This document shows, in pieces, positions 33,683 to 50,159 of a stretch of 64,000 nt of DNA (the stretch's first letter is position 1; the number at the start of each line of letters is the position of its first letter). Location of the stretch: NCBI GenBank assembly GCA_964016885.1, contig OZ024740.1:297476001-297540000 (forward strand), in the 5' to 3' direction. Below the pieces are notes generated by a model. It was not told where the DNA came from. It saw nothing but the letters and a program-made list of their open reading frames with translations, and searched no databases. The DNA is from Eledone cirrhosa. Lineage: Eukaryota. Made by a program: the position numbers and the translations under genes.

Positions 33683-34064
33683 CAACGATGACGACGACTA
33701 ATGTTTCTGTTTATAGTTGTATTTACATCTGCAAACGCTAGCTAGACCTGTGTTATAATGATTTTAAGTTAACCTAAATATACTATAATTTCCGTAAGCA
33801 GGAATTCAGAAAGTGAACTGTCGTCAAACACATATTGACCTCGCTTATATAACAGACGATAATGTGACATACTGATCTTAATGAATTCTGACCGAGGTAC
33901 GTTGCTGATTTTAACTGTCTAAACGATCGGTAAGCTGACGAAGCATAAATAAGCCTTTTCTAAGAAATATACATCATTACTGGGTTCAGATACAATGACT
34001 TGTTTATGTAATGCAGGTCAATATTACATCTAAATACCGGAATTTATAATACCGATGCCGACAT

Positions 34065-34660
34065 ATACAGGTTGGGTGGAAAGAAACTCCCCATTTAAAA
34101 TTGGTAGTAACTTTATATATTTTTGGTCGATTTTCATAAAACATATTTTAATCTGAACAGTAAAATAGTAAAAGTACAGTACAATGTTAAAATTCTACAT
34201 AGCCACCACTCTTGTCCACCAGTGTTTGTAATCATTTGGGTATATCCTCGACTTACTTTATTAGGAACTCGGGCGATATATTGGTTAGTACATGAAAAAT
34301 GCATTTTTTCAATTGAGTCTGAGATTTTGGTTTTGAGCTATACAATTCTTCCTTCGCCAATCCCCATAGAAAAAAATTGCTTGGCATTAAATCAGGGCTT
34401 CTTGTTGGCCATTCATGTGGACCTCGATAGCCCAGCCAACGTCCTGGAAATTGGACATCAAACCACTCACGGACAGTGCGTTCAAAATGAGGAATATGAG
34501 GTCATTGATGTTGTCCCAAGTGGTCACTGTAGGCCGCAAATTATATATAATTTCCAATATTGAGTTTATTTCCATCCACCCTTTATGATTTCGCAATGTA
34601 GTATTTAGTAGGAGGTGTGTTTTGACATGTACATCTGAACATAAGAGCTTAGAAAAGGAA
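34065..34660 (-). mobile_element. Tc1/mariner-superfamily transposon 3' remnant
   Basis: WPTRSPDLMPSNFFLWGLAKEELY motif on the minus strand; TA-cagg terminus at ~34066. Confidence 0.75.
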
Positions 34661-34697
34661 AATATTGATCGTATCACTTATGTACAAAATGATACCT

Positions 34698-34737
<40 letters not shown>

Positions 34738-34958
34738 CCTCACCGGGTATGAGACGGTTCTCTGAAGTGTCCTGTTCTCCTAACCTTATATGTTAAATTA
34801 TTTGAATATTAGTGTGACTCTTCAGGACGAAAGTGCAGTAAGAATCATAATATTTTGAGGTAATTTTTCTACCTTTATTAAATTTATAATGCTCTCACTA
34901 ATTGATCAATGATTTAGTTAATTCATTCATTGAGAAAAATTGTAATTAATGAACACCT

Positions 34959-35002
<44 letters not shown>

Positions 35003-35609
35003 TTATGTATATGACTATATGTATCTGCAATTATTTGTTTCAAACTTCCTATAAGATAGAGTGAAAAAAAGTTAAAACGAACTGCTATTTCCAGTGACCC
35101 CATTTGCTTGCCAACAGTCTATTTATTACTTCCCTTCTTGTGTACTATATACCACGTGACGGTTGTCCGTTTTGAAGAAGACATCGGTCATGATAGTCAC
35201 TTGAAATCCCTCTTGGTATGAGAAGATTCTCTGAAGAGCCCTGTTCTAACCCTATATGCTAAATTATTATAATAGGGTTACTTTTCAGGACAAAGCTGCA
35301 ATAAGAATCGTGAAGTATTTTGAATTAAATTGTTGTCTTAATTACTTTTCTTTACCCATTATTAAATTATTAAATTTAGTATCGGTAGAGGGTCGGACGC
35401 CATGCTTTGACGCATAGAGTTACGGCCCTTGCTATTCTGAGTTCAAATCCCGCCGAGGTTAACTTTGCCTTTCATCCTTACGGGGTCGATAAAATAAAGT
35501 ATCAGCAAAGTACCAGTAATGCACCGGGGAATTGCTGGCCTTGTGCCAAAAGTAGAAACAATTATTAAATTTATATATATATATATATATACATATATAG
35601 TCAAAAGTA

Positions 35610-35649
<40 letters not shown>

Positions 35650-35658
35650 AAAAGTAGA

Positions 35659-35689
<31 letters not shown>

Positions 35690-35994
35690 GAGAGAGAGAG
35701 AGAGGGGGGGGAGAACCATATATCCAGAGAAGACACAGTATATTGTACATATACTAAATACATATTACAGAGAAGAACCTGTGATTCCATCTTGAATTCC
35801 TGAAGATATGTAGAGCTACGGACAGATACGTCGTATATATCGCAGTATGGCCCGCATGGAAAGATATGTACAATTATTAAAATTTATGTTTTAAGTATAA
35901 CTTGTTTATTCTCTATCCATTTATATATATATAGTGGTGGAACACTGGAAGGTAATATCCGTAGTGGTAGAGCACTCAGTCCAAGGGACGAGTA

Positions 35995-36170
35995 GAAGTG
36001 GTTACACAACAGTTAGTTCACCATACCGGGAACAATTGTTTCACCTTCGCGGATCTTACACATCCCGAGCTGAAGATCCGCGTGTATGACATACACATCC
36101 CGAGCTGAAGATCCGCGAAGGTGAAACAATTGTTCTCGGTATGGTGATCTAACTGTTGTGTAACCACTTA
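35995..36170. mobile_element. Small fold-back with an intact HHR (36101-36138, +)
   Basis: CGAG-CTGAAGA-T-CC-GCGAA-GG-T-GAAAC-AATT-GTT|CTCG; inverted arms at ~35995-36056 and ~36108-36170. Confidence 0.8.
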
Positions 36171-36329
36171 TATATACATATATATATATATATATGGTTT
36201 TTCCACATTATACACATTGTTAGCACCCCAAACACTTAAATTGGGTTTATATTTTAATATAACCTAATGTTTGTTGAGTGAGATGGTTACCAGTCAGAGT
36301 TTAGCTTTAAACTATCTCTGTTATTGTAT

Positions 36330-36378
<49 letters not shown>

Positions 36379-36431
36379 CTAGATTCATGCATTTCCTAAA
36401 CTGGAAGCTGAATTGTGTTTTTTATACTTAC

Positions 36432-36614
36432 GGTCGTAGATACACCTGATTGATTTTCCGTGCCATATAGTATTTTCTGGACACTGCATGAGGAACAACA
36501 GACCATGACTGCACTGATAGAACTGTGATTCAGACTGGTATTTTGGGTAGTAGCTGTCCGTTTGGCAGGGATAACACCGGGTGTTATTCACTTTGAATAT
36601 ACACAGGGTTGTTG
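36432..36614 (-). CDS. Exon 8: CBM14-like domain 3
   Basis: Acceptor tgtacttgacag, donor gtaagt; 183 nt; TTTLCIFKVNNTRCYPCQTDSYYPKYQSESQFYQCSHGLLFLMQCPENTIWHGKSIRCIYD. Confidence 0.92.
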
Positions 36615-36732
36615 CTGTCAAGTACAAAATATTTGCATAATTACATTCATAAACTTGTTTACCGTCTCTCCGCAGCGAGGATTTTGTATTATAATGTTAT
36701 TCCCACAAACTTATGAGCACGCGCACACACAT

Positions 36733-38413
<1,681 letters not shown>

Positions 38414-38585
38414 AGTTATTCCGGGTTGAATCGGAGGTAACCACTCTGATTTCTCACGAATGAAACAGTTCTAGTCCTGTAGACGCTCTTCTCTCTCTCT
38501 CTGTAGATGAGTGTGTAAATATTTTCGCAAAATTGTAGGAAACTCCAAAGCAGAAATAGCTGTAAAACAGCCAGATACTATTATT

Positions 38586-38659
<74 letters not shown>

Positions 38660-38862
38660 CAGGGTAGCCGTAGCTTGTTTAATGGGCTTTCTCCACGAAT
38701 GTTCCTCGGAAGTCTTCCCCCTATTGGGGAATTTTTCATTGTTTCTATTTTTTGTTACATCCTCTGATTTTATTTTTTACACGCAGAAATGCCCATTTGT
38801 ACCGTCCTGTATTGTCCTTAATCTTTTACTTTGTGTAAACCCTCGTGGTTAATAAAGAAACC
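38660..38862 (+). mobile_element. Tx1-like 3' UTR fragment inserted in (TAG)n
   Basis: Shares ccccctattgggga, ttttacacg, tgtattgtcc and ccct.gtgg..aataaagaaa with the 3' UTR at 16612-16744; attattta(gta)n is duplicated on both sides. Confidence 0.65.
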
Positions 38863-38868
38863 ATTATT

Positions 38869-38930
<62 letters not shown>

Positions 38931-39039
38931 TCTAGATGCTAATATTTTGTGCCTGGATTACCGACAGACTTTGGCAACTGTTGTTGATTTAGGAATTGAA
39001 TAATGTTTAAATAATATGATAGAAAACAAATCTGCTCAC

Positions 39040-39114
39040 TATTAGGGTTAACTGGTTCCCTTTCTGGGTACTCAATTTCCATTTCGGCTTTTCGGGCGAT
39101 TTCATTGGCATTGT
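39040..39114 (-). CDS. Exon 7 (linker)
   Basis: Acceptor tcttttttacag, donor gtgagc; 75 nt, phase 1-1; DNANEIARKAEMEIEYPEREPVNPN, ending like the other linkers. Confidence 0.8.
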
Positions 39115-39724
39115 CTGTAAAAAAGATATAATTGTCCTTATATCAGTACCATTTCATTAATATCATACAGGTAAATTTACTATTTCAATCGACTGTAGCA
39201 TCGATTTGCTCATTAGACGCAATGGAAATTAGAATTGGAATCTGTTCATCTCTAATCTCCATTGAATTTGATGTGCAAATCGATTCTAGAATCGAACTGA
39301 TCATTTGTGGAACACCTGCTACGTGTGATTACGAATAAAATATACTGAACTAAAACTTCGATCTCTTTCTCAACATAGACTGACATCTATTTGTTATTGG
39401 CATATTATACCAATAACAAACAGATGTCAGTGTTAAACCACACTTTTTAACATAACACTGGGCATCTAATTCTCTGATAAGTATTAAGTGTTGAACAGGT
39501 AACACCTGTAGTAATATATATATATATACTAATATTAATAATAATTAGAAGAACGATTTGTTAGGTCTTCATTACGTTTATTGAGTAGTAACGCATATTC
39601 CGCGATTGATCAGCTCAAGTTTTGATCTGTATCGATCTAACCTGATTCTGGAATCAAAAGCTCGTCGGACTTCTGTTATGGTAATCCCTAAATATATATA
39701 TATACATATATACATATATAGTAA

Positions 39725-40088
39725 TAATAGTTTCTACTTTTGGCACAAGGCCAGCAATTATCCCAGTGTATTACTGGTACTTTATTTTATCGACCCCGTA
39801 AGGATGAAACATCAGCTGAATTTGAACTCAGACCATAAAGGGCCGTAACTCTTTGCTGCAAAGTATGGCGTCCGACCCTCTACCGATACTGCCAAGTAAT
39901 AATTGTTTATACTTTTAGGCACAAGGCCAGCAATTACCCAGTGCATTACTGGTACTTTATTTTATCGACCCCGTAAGGATGAAAGGCAAAGTCAACCTCG
40001 GAAGCATTTGAACTCAGATCGTAAAGGGACGTAACTATGCTGGAAAGCATGGTGTCTGACCCTCTACCGATACTGTCAATCCACCGGC
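39725..40088 (-). mobile_element. Two tandem SINE copies
   Basis: Same family in reverse orientation, head to tail. Confidence 0.85.
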
Positions 40089-40414
40089 CTTGTCAAGTAA
40101 TAATGATAATAAATGTGAAGACTAAAATCCGAAGAGGGCTCGATAAGTTATTTTAATAAATACACACACACACACATATATACATATACATATGATTTTT
40201 TTCTTTTTTTCCTATCTTTACGTTGCCTCACCATTCGTGTTTGTTTACATGTCTCTCTTTCTCCACCCAACACTTTTTATCCCAATAACTTATTTTAGAT
40301 ATTGTATCGCCCTAGCTGGAGGTATATTGTCTATAATGCAAAGAAATACCTATGATGGCTAGTAGACAACTGATGACGGATATTCCTAACTTCTATTTAT
40401 AATTCTTCATTTAT

Positions 40415-40493
<79 letters not shown>

Positions 40494-41336
40494 GCGTGTG
40501 CGTGTGTGTGTGTGTGTGTTTATATTCATTACAAAATAATTGTTTCTACTATTGGCACAAGGCCAGCAATTATTCTGTACATTACTGGTACTTTATTTTA
40601 CCGACCCCGTAAGGATGAAAGGCAAAGTTAACCTCGGCGGGATTTGAACTCAGAAATGGCAAGCGTCGTAACTCTATGCGTCAAAGCATGGCGTCCGACC
40701 CTCTACCAAAATAATGAATGACATTTATACATACATATATATGTAACGACATATACGTACATGGTTCATTACGGTATCATATTAAAATTTGACAAAAAAA
40801 TTTAAATATAGATACCTAATAAAAATTATATATATTTTCATTCATACGTATCCTTCAGAAATCAAAATATCAGTGCAGTTAAATGGTCGATCTGGATCGT
40901 TAGTAAAGGAAAATCGATCCATCTAAACTTACACACGTTAAAATACATAACTGAGGACAACGAAAGAAGCACATGGTGTTATAAAACAACCCACTGCATA
41001 CTGTCACTGTCCCAGTGACGTGAAAGGTTTTAAGGACAACTAAAAAATAGCAGCAGGATACGTATGAAGGAATATATATATATAATTTTTATCAGGTATC
41101 TATATTTTAAATTTTTGTTAAATTTTAGTATGATACTGTAATGAACCATGTGTTCTTAGATTCAATACAGATTATCTCCTGTTAAAGTTGATATGTTCTA
41201 TTGTACGTGTATATCATTAGATATATATATGTATGTTTATATGTCATTCACTATTTTGTAATGATTGAATGCTCAGATTTATTCTTTGAACTTAGTCTTA
41301 GGTGATAAGGCGCATGTTCAAAATTATCTCAAACAT

Positions 41337-41380
<44 letters not shown>

Positions 41381-41385
<5 letters not shown>

Positions 41386-41794
41386 AAAGGAAAAGAAAAT
41401 GCTTTCAAATTGTTCCCAGTGAAAAATAGTTTAATTAGGAATAAGTAAAAATGAGTAATAAGTATTGGTTAGTATTCAGTTTTAGTTTTAAGTTTTTACC
41501 GGTTGCGCATTTCTAATGCTTTTCAAAATAATTTTGAGATAGAGCGCCCGTGATGTTTGCTCTGATCTGATTAGAGCAAACATCACGGGCGCTCTATCTC
41601 AAAATTATTTTGAAAAGCATTAGAAATGCGCAACCGGTAAAAACTTAAAACTAAAACTGAATACTAACCAATACTTATTACTCATTTTTACTTATTCCTA
41701 ATTAAACTATTTTTCACTGGGAACAATTTGTCAGCATTTTCTTTTCTTTTTACCAATATATCACAACTCGTGTGTTACACCTCTATTCTTTTAA

Positions 41795-41795
<1 letters not shown>
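41381..41795. repeat. Fold-back element in (TA)n, same family as 7905-8410
   Basis: ~185-bp arms folding at ~41570. Confidence 0.85.
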
Positions 41796-41854
<59 letters not shown>

Positions 41855-42379
41855 ATGTGTGAGATCTCAGTTTGACAATCGCCACAGACAGACGAATGCG
41901 AGAAAGTTCTCCAACCCAAGTTAACCAGGAATCTCTAAAATTCTTCCCACCGAAGTTAACAAAGAACTTACTGGATCTACCAACTCATAATATTATAATA
42001 TTATAACATTAAATCATAAAAAATGTTTTAACACTAAAAGTGAAGTCATTCTTTTCCTTTTTTTTCAAATATATATATATATTGTTTCTACTTTTGGTAC
42101 AAGGCCAGCAATTATTGATACATTACTGGTACTTTATTTTATCGACCCCGTAAGGATGAAAGGCAAAGTGAATCTCGGCTGGATTTGAACTCAGACTGTA
42201 AAGGACCGTAACTCTGTGCTGCAAAGCATGACGTCCAACCCTCTACTGATACTGCCAATCCACCGCCCTATAGATCAGTCGATAATAAATTGATAAACAA
42301 TAGTTTATTTTATATGAAAGATAATGGAATTAAAACAAGTGATAGATGCTATTGATCAGACGTACTGATATAGACTTAC

Positions 42380-42418
42380 CCTCAGTGTCAGAATCAGTCA
42401 ACATCCAGAGTTGGGTAC
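42380..42418 (-). CDS. Exon 6 (short linker)
   Basis: Acceptor tactaatattttag, donor G|gtaagt; 39 nt, phase 1-1; STQLWMLTDSDTE. Confidence 0.65.
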
Positions 42419-42736
42419 CTAAAATATTAGTAATGAAAAGAAAGTTGTCATAAGAGTGAACCGTGGAAATAAATGACTGCGGCTATAATCTGCCGCTTGC
42501 AACTCATGGCAGGAAACAACGTGAACATAATTATTTTTATCAATAATACAACACATCACCTGTACCGGAAATTAAACTCAAGACCTTGTATTCGTTAATC
42601 CAGCACTCTAACCTTAAACTACGTACCTGCTCATAGGAATGAACCGAAGAATAATAATTCATTACACGTAAACCTGAATCGTCTTTCTCTCTTTCTCTTT
42701 GACTATTTCTCTCTCTCTCACAAGCTCAAACTGTCT

Positions 42737-42815
<79 letters not shown>

Positions 42816-44124
42816 ACACACAAATATATATATATATATTATCGCAGTTTTCGTTACTCACTCTGTATTTATACAGATATATATACATACATGCATACAT
42901 AAATACATGATGGCTGCAAACTCTGCTAAGAGTATTGCAATCGCATGTTAGAATATAGAGTTTGGTGCACTTTTAGGCTGCGGCCAGTCACACAAACCTG
43001 TAACATAACCTGAATAAGCAATGCCTGTGCTTTGAAGGTTTTTTAAGTGGCGAAAGGCGTTGCACTCGACCAATCCCACTCTCTGAACATTGAAAACACT
43101 ACCCGAAAAGTAGAACTGATCAAACATTATCGGATGCTTCCGAAGCCGCAGGTTTTTTTTGGGGGGGGGGGGGCTTTTCAGAGTTTCCTTCTCCTAGAAA
43201 GGTGTTGTGGCACCTGGATGCCTTTCACTCCCAGGTGAAAAAAACAAAAAACTACGATTTGGATGGCTGTTGACTCTGCTGAGTTCCTCCGCCCTTTGCC
43301 CGGTCTTGTATTTCATCCCGCAAGGTGTCCAAATATCACCCTCCTCAGCAAGCAAGCTTGGTGGGGTTGCCGGTTTAATCGCCGACGTCCCGACCATGAG
43401 ACTGGTTGTACTGGGTTACATGTTACCAGTAGCATTCGAGAGCGACCTGACATACACACATACACACATACATACATACATGTTTTGGTCTATATGGGCC
43501 TTGAAACTTTAGATAGCGCTATTCTTCTCTGTATGAAGATAAATAAATTACTGTGTTGTTATTTCTTTTCAACTTTTACATACATATATATATATCAACG
43601 CTTACGTGGACCTCTCAAATTCGTTGGATTTTAAAATTGGATTTTCAACCCTGAGTTTACCTGAACTTCCACCAGGAAATCTTTCGTATCACTGAAATTT
43701 CTTTTGCTTCTTGCATTTAAATAAACCACGATTCTCTATCACTATTCCTCTACTATAATCTTCTTACACCACCTTCTTCTCACCCGTCTATTTTTCACTC
43801 CCACCCTAGTACCTTCAACATGCCCAATCTCAAATCTTTTCTCCGCCAGCTCCATTACACTCTCAATCTTCCATTAGATGTCAACATGAAGAACGGGCCT
43901 GTTATTTTAATCTAAAGACATATTTTCAAATTCCACCCCGCCCGTCCCTTTAATCTATCTTATTTCTCATTCTTTCTTCTGATTAAGGACTAGCGCCCGA
44001 AACGTTAAGACCCTCTTCCTGCTATTTCAAGCGTTAACCATATTACTTCCATATATTGTACCGATTGTGTTTTTATTTCTGTTTACCTTTTACATACATA
44101 CAATATATATATATATATAATATA

Positions 44125-47078
44125 TCTTGTCACCACCCTCCCCTCCCACATCACCGACACCAACCACGCCCTGCGCCTTTTCGACTCCTTCACCTACCCA
44201 TCCGGCCCACAGCCCTTCCTCTTCACCCTAGACATCAAGTCCCTCTATACCGTCATCCCCCCACGCCGACGGCCTACGCGCCCTCAAACACTACCTCGAC
44301 CTTCGCCCCTCCCCCCTACCCTCCACCCCCACCCTCCTTCGCCTCGCCAAGCTGGTCCTCACCCTCAACTGTTTCTCCTTCCTTCTCGGGTGAGTTTTAC
44401 CAACAGGTCACGGGGGTAGCCATGGGTACAAGAATGGGTCCAAACTATGCCAACCTTTTTGTTGGCCATGTTTGTTGAGGCCCAAATCTTTGCCCAGTAC
44501 ACCGGCCCCACGCCCGAACTGTACGGTCGTTACATCGACGACTGTATCGGAGCCACGACCCTCACCCGAGAACAGCTCGACTCCTTTCTCTCCTTCTTCT
44601 GCTCTTTCCACCCCTCTTTCCACTTCACCACCTCTATCTCCACCACCCACGTCCACTTCTTAGACATCTCCGTCGCCTTCGACCCCTCCCACCACTCCCT
44701 CGTCACCTCCGCCTTCTTCAAACCCACCGACTCCCACTCCTACCTCGACTTCACACCCCACACACACTAAACACTCTATTCCCTACTCCCAACTCCTCAG
44801 AATCCGCCGCCTCTGTAGCCGAGGTGCTGACTAGGCCCTTTCCCTAGTCTGCCATTTCATCCGCAGAGGTTACCCCCCCCCCCTCTCTCTCGTCCACACC
44901 GCTCTCACCCGCGCCCGTGCTGTCCACCGCTCTACCACCCTCACCCCACGCCACCGCACACCCACCCACCGTCTCCCCTTCCCCATCACCTACCACCCCT
45001 CCACCGCACCATCCTCCGCCTCTTCCGGCGCCTCCAGTCCGACCCCTCCACCTCCCACATCTTCCCAGCCCCACCACTCCCCTCCTTCAAACGCGCACGC
45101 AATCTCCGCACCCTCTTCGTTCACAGCTCCCTACCCCCAACCCACGCCCCCCCCCGGTTCCTTTCCCTGTTCTAAGCCCCGCTGCAACACCTGTCCCCAC
45201 ATCACCAACACCACCACCTTCCAGGGTCCCAACGGCCACTCTCTCTCTGTCCGGCATGCCTTCCGCTGCACCTCCTCCAACCTAGTCTACTGGACGTCGC
45301 CTGGCGGACAGATTTACTGAGCACCTCCGGGATATTCGTCTCGGTGGTAGTTCCCCCATCGCCCGCCACTTTGGTGCCCCTGGACATTCCGCACACCATC
45401 TCACAGTCTGTGGCCTACTCCAATGCCACGGAACACCCGCCAATCTCCTAAGGGTCGAACAACGAACCATCTTCACCCTACAGACCCACACTCCCCCGGC
45501 CTGAACTCCCCACCCTTATTCCTTTAGCCTTCGACCGCCCCCCCTCCCCCCTCACATATCCCCCACTAACACCACTAACACACCCCTCCTTTTCACCGCC
45601 CACCCCACAACTAACAATACTAACACCTCCACCCCACATCCGACCACCCTTCCCCAACTAACATACTAACATCCCTCCCTTCTTCTCCTCCCCCCTCCTT
45701 ATCACACGCACACACCCACCGGTACATATATACACGCGCTCACACTAAACACACACCCTACTACCACCACGAACCCTCACCCCCACACATACACCCTACC
45801 ACCCCGCAATTAACATCACTAACACCCCCTGACCCCAAGCACACGAACACACCCACCCACTTACACCACCCACTCTACACGCAATTAACATCACTAACAC
45901 CCCCCAACCCTACGCACACACCCTCTTACACCACCCACTCTACACACCCTACCACCACTGACCCCCACTCACACCCGCATTCAACCCTTTCTCCACCTCC
46001 AGTATACTAACACCCACTAACACCCCCTTCACCACACACACACACCAGTACACTACATTCCCTCCATCGGCCCCCACACCCTCTCTCCCCGCTCCACCCA
46101 CACCCTTTCTCAAACACTCACACATCCCACTAACACCTCTACTAATACACACACACCTCCTGCTCACTCCAACTTTCACACCTACCCATCCTCTCCCCTG
46201 TCCACTTACCATTCTACCCTACTGCTGATATGCCTCTCTGACCACCTCCCCGCACACACAGACACACAACACTCCTCCTGCCTTGACCCTCTGACCACTT
46301 TCTGTTGCGCGCGCACCCCACATCTCCCCTCTTCCGACCAATCTATTCACGGATTATACATATGTGAACCTTGATCCCGAGAATCTACCGCATCCCAAGG
46401 ATTTTACTCAGCATTCCACCACATCTTTTTACGGAATTACCTTTACGACTCACCCCCAGACACACACCCCAACATTTTTTTTTTCCCACACGACACCTAC
46501 ATCCACAACACGCATAAACACCACACACACACGTGCGTACCACCACATATTTACACATTCAGCCTCCGGAATCCTCTCTCCCCAACCCTCTATCCACACA
46601 CGCACACACACTCCGACCACTACCCCACCCCACACACACCTCTTCCTGAACATGCAACCCCGTTCTTCCCCCAACCCTTGTTTTCACATACACACACACA
46701 CACACACGTACACCTACACACACACACACCACCTTCAGCCCTCCCCGCTCGGACACCCCGTCTCCCTCTCCCCACTCCACCCGCCACCACCCCTACACGC
46801 CCCACACCCTTCCACCACTTGTTTTACCCCATTTTAATTTTATTTTGATCATGCCTTTATTTTTAATTTCATTTGCACCGTTTCCTCTCACCCCCTTTTT
46901 GCTATATGTCTCTCCACCACTCCCCTACACACCCTTTGAACTTTCTTCCCACACACTTTTCGCCTGAAGAAGGGCTTATGCCCGAAATGTCGTTCCCCAC
47001 CACCACCCCACTCTCAAGAGCGTGAAATTAATAAACCTTTGTTCGTACTGCCTCTCTGTTTTGTTCCCGTTCAATTTT

Positions 47079-47083
<5 letters not shown>
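44125..47083 (+). mobile_element. 5'-truncated, frameshifted Penelope-like element (Neptune-like), extremely C-rich
   Basis: RT motifs LFTLDIKSLYTVIP, GVAMGTRMGPNYANLFVG, YGRYIDD, HFLDI and FKPTDSHSYL; Cys linker CSKPRCNTCPHI; endonuclease remnant RLADRFTEH...PIARHF. HHR-like CTGAAGA-A-GGGC-TTAT-GCCC-GAAA at 46964-46987. (TA)n on both sides. Confidence 0.88.
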
Positions 47084-47149
<66 letters not shown>

Positions 47150-47452
47150 AATATTTACACCTGTTGGTTATTTGGTTATACAGCCGGTGAGAGTAGCGAG
47201 TAGATTAACTGCAAGCCAAGAGGAGAAGGTGCAAGGGTGATATCATTGTTGTCATATGTTATACATATTTTTATCGTGGTTAAATACATTTACATATTCC
47301 AGTGTTCCAAAGCGAATTATTTAATTGATTGCCTATATATAAATATATTTTTAGTCAACCTTGTTGTTAATTAACTTCTGGGGGTAATATATGTTGTATT
47401 GTTCACTGATTATTTCCATTCAAATTCGGTACAGTTATAATGACTCATGCAT

Positions 47453-47544
<92 letters not shown>

Positions 47545-48641
47545 GATATTAATAAATGGAAACTATATTTATAAAACCATATTTATTTCATTATACATAT
47601 TTCAGGGATACCAAATTAAATTATGGTATGCCTTCATCAGACAAAATACAATATATAACAGTTTTACAAATAAGCTTTGACGTACCCTTTTAAAATGCGA
47701 CCATTATTTTTGGAGGCCATCTGGATAGTGAATTGTTTATATTATTTTAATAAGTCTTAGTGTTAAGGACAATTAGAAAAAGACGGAGAGAGAGAAAAAA
47801 GACGGAGAGAGAGAAAAAAGAGAGAAAAAAGAAAAAGAAAAAACGTGGAGAAATATTGGAGAGAGAGAAATGCGTGGAGAAAAAAGGAAGAGATAAATAA
47901 AGACAGGAGGAAAGAAAGAAAAAAGAAAAAAGGAAGAAATAAGAAAAAACAGAGGAAAGCAACAGAGAGATATCAAATCATCAGACAAATAGAAGGACTC
48001 AAGAGAGAGAAATAATATATATAGAGAGAGGGGGAGATAATGAAAACTTTACGTCATGTCATATTAAGTTGAGTTAACAATTTATATGAAATGAATAATA
48101 AAAATATAAATATTAATATTCATGAATGGGACATAAATATATAATATGAGAAATTAAACATTGTTTAATAATGATTATATGTTTAGTTTAAAAATTGAGA
48201 TCAATATACTAAAATTTGAATTTAAGCATCCAAAATGTACACATTGCTATAGAAACCACTATCTTACGGCAAAGATACACAAATATATATATATACGCAC
48301 ATCCTGAAAATAGAAATTATATCTACTCAAGCCTACAATATAGACATACAAAACACAAATGATTTCTCTTAATCACTGCTATACATTCCTTGTGTTATAA
48401 AAAGTTCACAGTATATATACATAAATATGCCTTCATATATACGATTACCATTCATGCATTTAACATTCTGTTAAAATTATGCATATCTGCAATCAAAACT
48501 GCGTGGGTAGGCATGCACACACATAACTCTCACCCACACACATACATATACATATATATATATACACATACACATATGTATAAATAAATATTTGCGTGCG
48601 TCTTCACCAATTGTTAGACCCGCATCACTCATGTACACATA

Positions 48642-50159
48642 CAGGTTATCGATTGGTTTAAAGAAATTAAATATAACTATAATAATAAGTTTATTCAGCT
48701 GGATATTGATAACTACTATTCATCTATCACTCCTAATCTACTGAATAAGGCACTAAATTACGCATTTAAACATACAGACCTAACTAGCAATGAAATGCAC
48801 ATTATATTATCGGCAAGGAAAACATTGATAGAATTTAATAACCAACTCTGGACTAGAGCAGATAGAAATAATAATTTCGACATAACTATGGGATCATGAG
48901 ACTCAGCTCAGGTAACGGACCTTGTGGGCCTATTTATAATTAATTCGCTACATAGAAAAATACCAGGTGTAACCGGAGGCTTATATCGTGACGACATGCT
49001 TTTACTTATAGAAAATAATAGCTGTGAACTAAATATAAAAAGAAAACAAATTATACAATTTTTTAATTACCTTAATCTAAAAGTAGAAATAGAGAATAAC
49101 CATAAAATAGTCAATTTTCTAGATGTAACACTAAATCTCAACACATGTCTTCATTATCCATTTCACAAAGTAAATGAGAACTTGAATTATGTTAATTTTA
49201 ACTCTAATCACCCCAGATCTGTTAAAAATACTATAGTGAACTCTGTTCAAGAACGAATTTCAATAATTTCATCTAATAAAAATATATTTGATGAAAAAGC
49301 GCAGTATTACAACGAAGCGTTAGGTAGAGCTGGATATAGAAATAAAATTAAATACATCGATAATAACAATAATAAGCAAACTAACCAAAATAATAACAAT
49401 TTTAATTATGGTAACAACTTTAACAACTATAATAGAAAACATTACAATAATTCCAAAAGCCGAAAAAGAAATAGAACTAGAAATATATTATGGTTTGCTC
49501 CCCCTTTCTCACTAAATATTAAAACCCCTATTGCTAAACTATTCTTTAAAGCTCTTGACAAACGCTTCCCTAGAACACATAAATATTACTCAATTTTTAA
49601 TAGACATACTATAAAATTAACTTACTCGTCCACCAAAAATTTAGCACAAAATATTAATAGAATTAATAATAGAAACTTAAAACCTAACCAAAATACCAAT
49701 AATAACCCAAGCAATATTCAATTGAATAACTGTAACTGTAGAAATAAATCTAACTGTCCGTTAAATAACAACTGCTTAGCTAAAAATGTAGTGTACAATT
49801 GTAATGTTAAATCTAATTTAAATTCATTTAACTATGTCGGTTCTACCTCTACAGAATTTAAATTTCGCTTCAATAATCATAAAAAATGTTTCACAGATCC
49901 AAACAAAAAATCTTCAACTTCGCTATCTAGCCTACTATGGGACCTAAAACGAGATAATGTTAAATATTCGATGACTTGGAATATTATTTCAAAAGCTACT
50001 CCTTTTAATTCCTCTTCAGAAAATTGTGATCTTTGTATTGAAGAAATATTCTTTATATTAAAGTCCAAAAATTCCCTTAATTTAAGGAATAATTTATTCA
50101 GTTGCTGCAGACATAGATTGAACTCAACGTTTAAATATAAATATAAATTTAAAATGTAG
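48642..50159 (+). pseudogene. PLE reverse transcriptase plus GIY-YIG endonuclease frame, with one internal TGA (48897-48899)
   Basis: One frame: FIQLDIDNYYSSI, FDITMGS*DSAQVTDLVGL, YRDD, NFLDVTL, SNHP, WFAPPFS, CNCR...CPL...C, VVY...YVG...FKFRFNNH, CDLCIEE, CCRH. Confidence 0.9.

Noticed and set aside
33873-33959. Open AG/GT-bounded segment on the minus strand
   Set aside because: Open only in phase 0, which is incompatible with the all-phase-1 gene.
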